Source of the DNA: Octopus sinensis
Lineage: Eukaryota
Assembly: GCF_006345805.1 (NCBI RefSeq)
Contig: NW_021835031.1
Coordinates: forward strand, 1 to 43,524
Direction of reading: 5' to 3'
DNA length: 43,524 nucleotides
Part shown: piece by piece, positions 12,491 to 23,676 of the stretch
Layout of the letters: every line of letters begins with the position of its first letter
Position numbering within the stretch: position 1 is the stretch's first letter
The notes under the pieces: model-generated
Told to the model about the DNA's origin: nothing
Seen by the model: the letters and a program-made list of their open reading frames with translations, nothing else
The model's database searches: none
Translations under genes and position numbers: made by a program

Positions 12491-13071
12491 GTAATTTCAT
12501 ATTTATATATTCAATATTATTCATTTATCTATTCGATATTATGCTTATCTGCTCAATATTATATTTATATATTCAGTTTTGTTGTCTTCTTTGTCCTTTA
12601 ACATTTCAATTTGAAACTCATCAGCTTTTTGCACCTTCCGCCAACACCACCTCCGCACTTTCCCACTTTATTTATTTATCTATTCCATAAAAGGCAACAC
12701 TAACATAGCCGCAGCAATCTCATGTGGTTGTTACCTTCGAACTATTTTATTGCTAAATAATTTAATTTTACGCCAGCAACAAATGAATGATTATATATTT
12801 TATTTTTACGAAGTAAAACTTGCATCACGTTCTCGATATGTACAGTTAAAGCTACAGAAATCATTGATGAGATCAAAATAAATCCGAAACGTATTTCAAA
12901 TTGTCTCCCTTACTTTCTAGTTAAATTAATGTAATATCAGTCAATGACTAGTATATATGTGTATATATATACATATATAGGAGATATACTTGCATAGCAA
13001 GTGACTTGATCTGAGATCGTCTGAAACAAAAACAAAAGCAAAACCTTGTGCTGACAAAACCTTGTGCTGCA

Positions 13072-13114
13072 TCAGTGAACAGGTCGCGGTTTCAAAGCGA
13101 CGAAAATCTTTTGA
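13072..13114 (+). ncRNA. Minimal type I hammerhead-like fold with G3/C8 core swap
   Basis: UCA | GUGAACA | G | GUCGC-ggtttcaaa-GCGAC | GAA | AAUCUU | U | UGA: helix I 3 bp, helix II 5 bp, near-palindromic helix III. Confidence 0.6.
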
Positions 13115-13390
13115 CACAAATTAAATTTAAATGTTGATGTGAATCTAACGGTTTTTTCTGTGTTCTTAAATGGCTTATAAATATCTTCCATGCTGCAGTT
13201 GTAGTTGTGTATATATGTATATATACAATTATAAATAAGGGCAAAAGAAAAGATTTCTATGCCAATATGTTGATAAATAGACTTTAAATCGCCAGACACC
13301 ACATACAATATACATCACTGTAAACACACATCGTGCATTATTTACATTGTTCACATTCAACGGATATTTGCCCTCATCTTGTTTGTTGTT

Positions 13391-13436
13391 AACACAACGT
13401 TTCGGCTGATATACCCTTCAGCCTTCTTCAGGTGTC
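13391..13436 (-). ncRNA. Minimal type I hammerhead ribozyme
   Basis: Minus strand GACAC | CUGAAGA | A | GGCUGA-agggtata-UCAGCC | GAAA | CG | UU | GUGUU; canonical core, palindromic ACGU helix III, GUU site. Confidence 0.8.
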
Positions 13437-13494
13437 TTCGTGTTGAATCGAGAGAAGCAAGCTAACAGAATTTTTTTTTTAAATGCGTCATCTC

Positions 13495-13790
<296 letters not shown>

Positions 13791-14429
13791 TGTCTGACCA
13801 TCCATCTGCCTATCCATACACTATTGCGCCTATACTCATTCTGATCATTCAAACGTATTCTATTATTCCGGCCATTTTCAGTATATATTTCTACCAACCA
13901 TGTCTGAACTATTTAAACTAAAATTCAGATTTCGCGACAGTGAAATTCTTCCAAGAAGTGCAACTCTTCATTAGCTGTTAACCTGCTAACGTCATTAATA
14001 TCTATCACCTATTTAATCGCCGGAGTTAATTAATCATCTTTGAGTGTCGGCACACTTTAGACAGTGTGTCACGCCGGTTGATACATAAATTATTACCAAG
14101 GCAAAATCAATCATACCTGACATCTGTTTGCTTTCTTTTCAGCTGTCCACCTCGGATAATTATTTACAAACCTTGGCCAGAATTTACAACGAAACGATTG
14201 CATTTAATTATATCGTTTAATTAATTGTCATCCAGCTGATTAAGACGATATCGTTGCTTATTGTTGCGATAATTATCAGCAGGATGACATAAGTTATTGT
14301 ACTGGCATTTGGCGTTCTCTTAATTTAAAGGCAGAAGAAAGATGTCAGTTGGTTCCAGAAGATGTTTAGTCTCAATTCTGTTAGTGATGTTGTGATGATT
14401 CCACTGATACAGCACCGTAATCCGTTGAC

Positions 14430-15140
14430 TCAGATAACCTCTTAACGAAGGTGATATAAGCTCTCAGCGGTATAAACTCTCAACGGTATAATCCCTGCAT
14501 GAGAGAAGCTCTCAACGAGATAACTAGACCAAATAACCTCTACAAAGTCATAGGCTTTTAATGAGATAACCTTCCACCGAGATCAGCTCTCAACGAGGTA
14601 ATTTCGTAACGCCAGACTAGATGCCCTCTTCAAAGAGAGAAGTTTTTAATAAGATGATCTACCACCGAGATAATCTCTCAACGAGGTAATGTCGTAACGT
14701 CAGACTAGATGACCTCTTCAAAGTGATAAGCTATTAATAAGATGATCTCCCAACGAGATAATCTCTCAACGAGATAATTTCGTAACGGCAGACTAGATGA
14801 CCGCTTCAAAGTGATAATCTATTAATAAGATGATCTCCCACCGAGATAAGCTCGCAACGAGATAATTTCGTAACGTCAGACTAGAAGACCTCTTCAAAGT
14901 GATAAGCTTTTAATAAGATGATCTCCCACCAAGATAAGCTCTCAACGAGATAATTTCTCAATAACATAATCACAAAATGAGATAAGACCATAAGATAAGC
15001 CTTCAACATAGTAAGTTCTCAACGAAACAAACTCTTCAATGAGATAAACTTTCAATAAGATCTCCCAAGAAGATAAGCCTTCGACAGGAAAATCGGACAA
15101 ATCAAACCTTTATAGAGATAAACTCTAAGCCAGATAAAGA
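14430..15140. repeat. Minisatellite: 88-bp higher-order unit (about 4.5 copies, 14560-14955) built from 16-bp GAGATAAKCTCTCAAC-like monomers, with degenerate monomers on both flanks
   Basis: CAGACTAG at 14613, 14701, 14789 and 14877. Confidence 0.9.
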
Positions 15141-15979
15141 TAGGCTCAGCTCACAGAAAGATGACATTAAAAACAAACATGTAGCTATGGATATTGGTCT
15201 GAAAATAAATAGCTCCAAGTCTAAAGCTACAAATTGATGATCCAAATATTATTTTTGCTATCACACAAAGAGAAGTCAAACGTTTTTAGATTTTGGTATA
15301 ACACCAGGACTCAGTGAAACGTAACTATTCAACACCCTCTGTCAGTCACCTATTGGAAATATACCCGTGTATCAAAGATCTACACCATCGTTGCAGCAAT
15401 AAGAAATAATTTCGTAATTATAAGTTTTTCTCAAAAATGCTAAGAGTAAAAGGTGTTTTATATGACACATTCTACCAGTGTCCGAAGATCGAAAGTGTTT
15501 AGTTACAAAAAAAATTTATTAAATCTGTCGGTCAAAAGGTAAAGATCCAAATATATATTTACTTTAAATACACGCTTTATAAAAGTATGTACGTTTTAAA
15601 GACATACTTTATAATGTGACATTTGCTATAAAAAATTACGTTAATGAAGATATGCTTTATAGGAAGATATTCATTAAAAGACACATTTTATAAAATAATA
15701 AATATATACTTTATATACAGAACCTAACAAGTGTTTTCCACATTGGATAAGGTCTGTGAATTATTAATTTCTATACACGATTCTATTTTCTCATACCGAC
15801 AAATGTGCAAGCTTGCGTACCTACCTAATGATTCCAGACACGATAAAACAGAAATAACGCAGACCTATTTTGTAGCCTTTACGCACAGATATTTCTAAAA
15901 ACATGGCGGCGCGCATACACATTAATAATACATAAACAAATACATAACTACACACAAACACTCACACATACATGCGTAG

Positions 15980-16031
<52 letters not shown>

Positions 16032-16034
<3 letters not shown>

Positions 16035-16366
16035 TATGGAAGATAAGGAATAGCGAACAAACTGCATAACTTAATTTCCAGTTCATTATATTCTCTGGAA
16101 AGTTGAAACTGCACTACACAGCATCAACTGATCTATCAACCAGTTTCAAACTCTACACCTAAGGCTGCAGATACTCATATCTGGCTAATTGTCAGCGACT
16201 GGAGTTTTCTTAAATAACGTCGCTATCATTTCCTTTGTTTTGCTTACGTACATACATGCATAGATAACACACGTACGTACATGCGTAAATATATGTACAC
16301 ACAAGCACACATATATATAAATACATATATACATATGTGTATATGTACATACACATAGATATATGG

Positions 16367-16397
<31 letters not shown>

Positions 16398-16424
16398 GAT
16401 ATATATGCATGTATATATATATAC

Positions 16425-16458
<34 letters not shown>

Positions 16459-16885
16459 GCATATGGAAGATAAGGAATAGCGAACAAACTGCATAACTTA
16501 ATTTCCAGTTCATTATATTCTCTGGAAAGTTGAAACTGCACTACACAGCATCAACTGATCTATCAACCAGTTTCAAACTCTACACCTAAGGCTGCAGATA
16601 CTCATATCTGGCTAATTGTCAGCGACTGGAGTTTTCTTAAATAACGTCGCTATCATTTCCTTTGTTTTGCTTACGTACATACATGCATAGATAACACACG
16701 TACGTACATGCGTAAATATATGTACACACAAGCACACATATATATAAATACATATATACATATGTGTATATGTACATACACATAGATATATATGGATATA
16801 TATATATATATATATACATAGATATATATGCATGTATATATATATATATATATATACATATATATGCATGTATATATATATCTAT
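16032..16885. repeat. 427-bp tandem duplication bounded by (TA)n tracts
   Basis: Unique segment starting GCATATGGAAGATAAGG at 16032 and 16459 appears identical over about 300 bp. Confidence 0.95.
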
Positions 16886-17024
16886 ATATCTATATGTATA
16901 CATAGACATAGCTATATATGCATATATATATATAAAGAGAGAGAGAGAGAAGATATATATGTATGTATATATATACACATACATATATATGCATGTATAT
17001 ATATATACACATAGATGTATATGC

Positions 17025-17055
<31 letters not shown>

Positions 17056-17122
17056 TATGTATATCTATATATATATACATAGATATATATGCATGTATAT
17101 ATATATACATACATATATATGC

Positions 17123-17179
<57 letters not shown>

Positions 17180-17537
17180 TATATAAGTATAGGTATAGGT
17201 ATACTTGGGTGAGTAGGTGTGTGTGAGAGAGAGAGAGAGAGAGATAGAGAGCGAGTGTGTTTGTGTGTGTGTGTTGTTTTATTCTCTTTTTCTCCAAGTT
17301 TAAATATTTGCTCTAATATGATTTCATTCTTCCCATGAGATCTGAACGTAACTTTGTTAGGAAAAATACATCGTTATTTGTATTTGGAGACGAAGATATC
17401 TAAGAGGAAGGCGTACTTTTATTTCATACGTGAAAACACAGAAAATATTGTCACTACACAATAGCTCACCGATCGATAAAAGAAATAGCAGTAATGCAAT
17501 GAGAATGTATTGATGCAACATAGTACTTAAGCATGGT

Positions 17538-17920
17538 GGAGGCGCAATGCCCCAGTGGTTAGGGCAGCGGACTCGCGGTCGTAGGATCGCGGTTTCGATT
17601 CCCAGACCGGGCATTGTGAGTGTTTATTGAGCGAAAACACCTAAAGCTCCACGAGGCTCCGGCAGGGGATGGTGGTGATCCCTGCTGTACTCTTTCACCA
17701 CAACTTTCTTTCACTCTTACTTCCTGTTTCTGTTGTACCTGTATTTCAAAGGGCCAGCCTTGTCACTCTCTGTGTCACGCTGAATATCCCCGAGAACTAC
17801 GTTAAAGGTACACGTGTCTGTGGAGTGCTCAGCCACTTACACGTTAATTTCACGAGTAGGCTGTTCCGTTGATCGGATCAACCGGAACCCTCGTCGTCGT
17901 AACCGACGGATTGCTTCTAC
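17538..17920 (+). mobile_element. tRNA SINE family A head + tail type 1, with TSD
   Basis: A-box TGCCCAGTGG, B-box GGTTTCGATTCC; TSD TACTTAAGCATGGTG at 17524-17538 and 17921-17935. Confidence 0.9.
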
Positions 17921-17934
17921 TACTTAAGCATGGT

Positions 17935-18345
17935 GAAGGTGTCTAGCCTAATGGTTAGTAAGGCGGCGAGCTGGCAGAATGGTTAGTACGCCGGGTGAAA
18001 CGCTTAGCGGTATTTCGTTTGCCGTTATGTTCTGAGTTCAAATTCCGCCGAGGTCGACTTTGCCTTTCATCCTTTCGGGGTCGATAAATTAAGTACCAGC
18101 TACGCACTGGGGTCGATGTAATCGACTTAACCCGTTTGTCTGTCTTTGTTTATCCTCTCTGTGTTTAGCCCCTTGTGGGTAATAAAGAAATAGGTTAGGC
18201 TGTTGCAGTGACGATCGCAAGAACGTTGTTTAAATTCATGGACCCAGCGGTGTTGTGTGTACTTGAGCAAAACATCTAATTTATTTCAAGCGACTCCAAT
18301 GCACTCAGCCTCAAACGAGTAATGCTACGATGGACTAGCTTTTCG
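17935..18345 (+). mobile_element. Old CORE-type SINE interrupted by a SINE D insertion
   Basis: Head GAAGGTGTCTAGCCTAATGGTTAG at 17935 resumes after 18198 into TGTGTGTACTTGAGCAAAACA...GCTACGATGGACTAGC. Confidence 0.65.
17959..18192 (+). mobile_element. SINE family D, full length
   Basis: Near-consensus sequence; GGTTAG duplicated at 17953-17958 and 18193-18198. Confidence 0.9.
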
Positions 18346-18469
18346 TTAAAAAGGAGGGAATGTTATGATTTAGGTTGCTTATACAAGGTAATCAGCTTTA
18401 TATATCTTAGGACCCGCAAGAGTAACGTGCAAGGGACTTTGCTTTTTTTACGAGTAATGGATCTCTTTT

Positions 18470-18620
18470 GAAGGTGAGCGGTCTTGTGGTTGTCATGATT
18501 ACAAGATCGTTGTTTACCGTTGTTTAGTTTTCCGGACTGAGGTTTGCGTTTGGTGGTGTTTTTGAGCCAAATGCTTCATTTCCCGTTGCTGCAGTCCACT
18601 CAGCTATAAATGGCATCCTG
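18470..18620 (+). mobile_element. Old CORE-type SINE remnant
   Basis: TTGAGCCAAATGCTTCATTTCCCGTTGCTGCAGTCCACTCAGCTATAAATG. Confidence 0.55.
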
Positions 18621-18689
18621 TTCAGTGTCAATGTTGTGATCTCGTTCACTTAAAGGCCATAGAAACCGTGTATAGGTTTCTATGGCCTA

Positions 18690-18921
18690 TAAGGCGGCGA
18701 CCTGGCAGAAACGTTAGCACGCCGGGCAGAATGCCTAGCGGTATTTCCTCTGTCGCTACGTTCTGAGTTCAAATTCCGCCGAGGTCGACTCTGCTTTCAT
18801 CCTTTCGGGGTCGATTAAATAAGTACCAGTTACGCACTGGGGTCGATATAATCGACTTAATCCGTTTGCCTGTCCTTGTTTTCCCCTCTGTGTGTAACCC
18901 CTTGTGGCCAGTAAAGAAATA
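18690..18921 (+). mobile_element. SINE family D, full length, with hairpin-containing flanks
   Basis: Head AAGGCGGCGACCTGGCAGAAACG through tail GTAAAGAAATA. Confidence 0.9.
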
Positions 18922-19503
18922 AGAAACCGTGTAGGTTTCTCATAGGCCATAGAATCCCTATCAATCCTAAGACCCGAGACAATAAAACCACTTAATCAAA
19001 ATCAAAGACAGACACTTGTCTTTTTCCTTTCATTCTAAACTTACAATGAAGATCAAGAGTTAGTGGATAAAATGCCGGCAACTCAGGAAAATAATTCTTT
19101 ATATGATATCCTATATCCAAGCTACACCTGCTTGTTATCGCTTGCTTTCCCTTTGAATTCATTTAAAATTTAGTCTGCGAAAAAAACCCCAAAAAACCGT
19201 GCTCTAGGCCTTACTTTAACAGTTCCTTTGATAATAGTGAAATCAATGACTTTTATGTTCCACTTCAAAAGCTAAGCAATAACATAAAAATCCGCGGATA
19301 TGGAAATAATTCAAGAATGATAGTGTTCTGGAGAGGACTGTGAATTGCGCGGTGTCTGGTTATCTATCTCTTATCTTTTAATTCTTTCATATTAATGGAC
19401 TCAACTTATATCGGAGCGCCGTTTCCAAGCGTTCCACAGACGCATTTCTCAAGATGATTCAGCGTGATTCAAGGTATGACAAAACCATTACCTTTTCAAT
19501 AAC

Positions 19504-19898
19504 ACTCTTTACTCTTTTACTCTTTTACTTGTTTCAGTCATTTGACTGTGGCCATGCTGGAGCACCGCCTTTTAGTTGAGCAAACCGACCCCAGGATTTA
19601 TTATTTAGAAGCCTAGTACTTATTCTATCGGTCTCTTTTTGCCGAACCGCTAAGTGACGGGGGACGTAAACACACTAGCATCGGTTGTCAAGCGATGTTT
19701 GGGGGGGACGAACACAGACACACAAACATATACACATACATACATACATACGACGGGCTTCTTTCAGTTTCCGTCTACCAAATCTACTCACAAGGCTTTG
19801 GTCGGCCCGAGGCTATAGTAGAAGACACGCAGTGGGACTGAACCCGGAACCATGTGGTTGGTAAGCAAGCTACTTAGCACACAGCCACTCCTGCGCCT
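19504..19898 (-). mobile_element. SINE family C, full length with (TAAAAGAG)n tail
   Basis: Three ACTCTTTT repeats at the left end; head reads AGGCGCAGGAGTGGCTGTGTG on the minus strand. Confidence 0.9.
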
Positions 19899-20569
19899 AA
19901 GTAACAAAATTAAATTTTTCCTTGTCTTTGGTCAGTAAATGTTATTTCTTATTTGCTTCTATCTAGAAATCAAAGGAAGTGACTACTGTTCCCTTCACAC
20001 TTTGCATTTGCGATTTGGAAATGGATTTATTTTCCATTACATTTCAGACAAATTCAGTGTTGAGTTACTGAAGTAGAAATATCGTTATAACAAATATTCT
20101 GTTCAATACCAAACAATTACTTGTTAACCACTTGAGCATGTCCATTAGGGACTGACAATATGTGCATCTCTGATCATGAGCAGGAATACGGGGGAGCATC
20201 ATAGCCATGTGCGTATGTCCGTGTCATGCATCAAAAACTACTGTACTGTCGCCCAAACATGTTCAATGTCCAGTCAGCCGTGCCAACTCGACAGCGGCCA
20301 AACAGCTGCGCCAGGTAGTCTCATTTTTTTTCTCACGATTTGCGACGGGTACGATGACTGATAAGACATCATGCATATACCATAAAATGTAGATTATACA
20401 TGGCATTGCTTCACCATTGTAGCTTTTAAGCTGTTAACATCTTTGCGTCGCTGCCCCCCACAGGAATATCATCGCCGTTGGGGCCTTACATCTTAATTTT
20501 CTCTTAATGCACAAACAACATTTAAAAACTTGTCGTTGAGGGTACTCAACTGTAAGGGTCGGTGCTAAA

Positions 20570-20750
20570 AGAAGCCCAGGGGACATCAATATCAACCTAT
20601 TAAATCGATCCCGGTGATTGAATGATACTTAATTGTTATTCTCCTTTGATAAAAAAAAAATTAAAAAACAATGTAACGTTGGTGGGATTTGAACCGGGAA
20701 GTTAAACGGACTTTTTGTCAGACACTCTACCCGTACTGCCACCCACCGTT
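20570..20750 (-). mobile_element. Very old tRNA-headed SINE remnant (D/E-like)
   Basis: Minus-strand B-box GGTTCAAATCCC, then a degenerate AATTAAGTATCA...GGGATCGAT. Confidence 0.45.
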
Positions 20751-20876
20751 TGAATTTTACTTAGAAATAATTAAGAAAACTTAGTGAATTGAAGTGTACT
20801 TACACCCCACCCCACACACACTCACTGTTACACTTACATACTATACACACGCATATATATAGACATATGTATGATG

Positions 20877-20916
<40 letters not shown>

Positions 20917-21031
20917 ATATATATACATACACATATATATACATATATACATACATACATACATACTTACACACACACACATATATATATATATATACAC
21001 AAATATATGTCTATGTGTATAAGTATATGCG

Positions 21032-21066
<35 letters not shown>

Positions 21067-21939
21067 GCTTATACATATAAATTGTAATATATATGTATTT
21101 TATATATACACGCATACACACACAAACACACACACACATATATATAGATCTGTGTATGTATGTATTTATGTAATGTAATGTATGTATGTGTGTATGAACG
21201 AATGTATGCATTGATTCCAAATTAACTAGTGGCATTGTTTGAAAACTTCATTTTGTTTTCGTTTTGACAATTTGTCATTAGCGCTACTCCATATTTATCT
21301 GAGAACTCCTCTGTCGTTTTAAATGCTTAAAATCCTCATTGACTCCCTGCCATAGTTGATTACATGAAGAAAGACAAATATTGTTATCGATTTTCGTCGT
21401 TGAAAATTTCTTAATATTTGTTTTATTTCTTCTTACAAAATTTTGTCTTTTGTTGCAGTTTGTTATCGCAATGTTTAAGAAACAACATCGTTTTGTGTAC
21501 TATTTGTAAAGAACTCTAAGCACAGTACGCTGAAAACCAAAACAAGAATCTGTTTGCTTCACAAACACGATATAATACTGTCTTTTTGTCGTCAAGTTCA
21601 CTATCATCAGACGTATTGTTTTGGAGGAAATTGAATCGCAAATGTAAAAAGAATATATTTTTTTTTAAAAGAAATCGAAAACATAATGAAAGATAGGAAA
21701 TATAAAGAAAATATATTGTATTTTTTTTATATAAATTTTTCATAGTAAGGCAGTCAGTGTAAATACCGGTAGGTGAAGAGTACACGAAAGTACACGCCGC
21801 CGACCAAAACATATATATCCTTTGTTGCTGTTTTAATGATGAGTAACGCTAAAGTTTTATACACACACACCGTATGAAAAAGAAAGCTAGACTTGCCCGT
21901 CTAGCTGTCTCTCTATCAGCTTCTGGTAAATTTTGTCTT

Positions 21940-22095
<156 letters not shown>

Positions 22096-22139
22096 CTGCT
22101 TGTGCAAGATTTTTTATGTGAAGTCGTGTGTTGAAACAG

Positions 22140-22412
22140 ATATTGTTATATTTCGGAATGGTCATTTTTCCAGTTTAGCCAATAAAAACACACGCACTAT
22201 ATATTTGGTGTTATTTTGCTTCAGTGTTATTTATTTTTTACATTAATCTTAATCTTATTTCGGCCAGAGTGTGACGAAAGAACTCTAGCCGAAATAAGAT
22301 TAAGATTAATGTAAAAAATAAATAACACTGAAGCAAAATAACACCAAATATATAGTGCGTGTGTTTTTATTGGCTAAACTGGAAAAATGACCATTCCGAA
22401 ATATAACAATAT
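22140..22412. repeat. Perfect 125-bp inverted repeat (fold-back) with 23-bp spacer containing the 3' half of a hammerhead-like motif
   Basis: 22140-22264 is the exact reverse complement of 22288-22412 by manual comparison; spacer and right arm read GTGAC GAAA GAAC TC TAGCC. Confidence 0.95.
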
Positions 22413-22427
22413 ATATATATACATACA

Positions 22428-23232
22428 CTAGACTAGCCGCGACCCGTTGGGACCCCTGGAATGTCTGAGTCTCCCAGTAACGGAATTTTGTTTCGTGAGT
22501 TTTTAAAAAAATCTTTTCCAGGTTATTTCGCACGCTGTCAACGAATGTGACATCGAAATCATGCGTAAACGGCCCCTTTCCCCGGAAAAGGAAAGATTTG
22601 GTTGCAATTTTCTGCACTCCTGTTACCACGTAGCTGGTATTTCGGGTACTGTATTGCAGGTAGCTGTTATATTGTAGCAGGGCGGGCTAGAAATAACACC
22701 CAAATCTTTGGAGCTGAGATTCGTTGAACGCACTCGAAAAAAACTTCTGGAAAAAATTATTTCACAGTTCTTTTATGAAATATTTACCATATTTTTAAAG
22801 ACATTTACACTTTAAAATAGTTTTTAAATGTGCCAAAAGCAATTTTGTAATGGTATTCACTTGAAAATAATATTAAAAAACAAAAATATTGTCTATTTAA
22901 AGAAAGCTAAAATATAAATACTTACTGCAGAAACAACTTACGTTTTTCAAATCATTCGCTTAAAAATATTTCTAAATGATTAAAATATTGTGTACGTCAA
23001 AAAGTCGGTGTTTTTTTCTTAAAGAGTCATAGAGAGAGAGAGAGAGAATGCGAAGACTATGTGTGTGTATATGTCACAGATAGCGTACGTGTGTTTGTGT
23101 TGATTCACGTTACATGACATTCATTATCTGTGTATGTATTTTGTATGTGTGTATGTGTGTTGACGTCACGGAAGTCATATAAGAAATAAGTAAGGAAAAT
23201 TGTGCTTAATCGTTTTCATTTATAAATATAGA
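22428..23232 (-). mobile_element. Non-autonomous Helitron
   Basis: Minus strand begins A|TCTATATTTATAAATG and ends with a GC-rich imperfect hairpin (GGGTCCCAACGGGTC) then CTAG|T; internal (GA)/(GT) tracts; no TSD. Confidence 0.7.
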
Positions 23233-23676
23233 TCCAAATAAAAATTCATACTGTATAAAATATGGAAATATATATGCAAAAAAATTAAGATAAAATATAC
23301 TATTTCTCAGATATTTCGGGTACAAAAAAAAATCTTCTAGAGTTTTATCCGGTGTATCAGTGAAATAGTTAAAGATACTAGCTTCACATTGATGGATATA
23401 GGTATATTACCATTTCTGTATGAAGGAGAGAAAATGGAGAAATTGATATGCAGACATCAGTTTATGGAAACAACTCTAATTTCAAACAATATCGAACTCA
23501 GAGATTCTACGATCGTTTCCATGCCCAATTAATTTAAATTAGAAAAATTAGATTAGAGAATCATAGTGAATATAAAGCTAATTGAACATCTCGTCAGGTC
23601 CAGAACTAGATAGGAAAAGGAACTACATTCCAATGTGTTGATATATCATTGGTAAACTCTGTATTAAATTCAGATA

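Noticed and set aside
12595-12630. Minus-strand CUGAUGA-GUUUCAAAUU-GAAA
   Set aside because: Helix II and helix I do not pair.
14560-14955. 88-bp repeat as a CRISPR-like array or repeat-protein exon
   Set aside because: No unique spacers, eukaryotic context, period not divisible by 3, and stops in all frames examined.
15478-15505. CCGAAGA-UC-GAAA
   Set aside because: No room for helix II.
15899-15910. YY1-like AAACATGGCGGC (similar motifs near 4503 and 6887)
   Set aside because: Isolated short motifs with no supporting promoter context or ORF.
17538-17610. tRNA-like heads as real tRNA genes
   Set aside because: They continue into SINE bodies, lack a complete cloverleaf, and some are enclosed by TSDs.
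20207-20313. Possible exon ending CAG|GTAGTC
   Set aside because: Peptide unrecognisable and no clear acceptor.
21874-21925. MKKKARLARL resembles the Kv4/Shal post-S6 KKARLAR motif
   Set aside because: No polypyrimidine acceptor, similarity stops after 8 residues, and the DNA is a small AGCTAGAC/GTCTAGCT hairpin next to a microsatellite.
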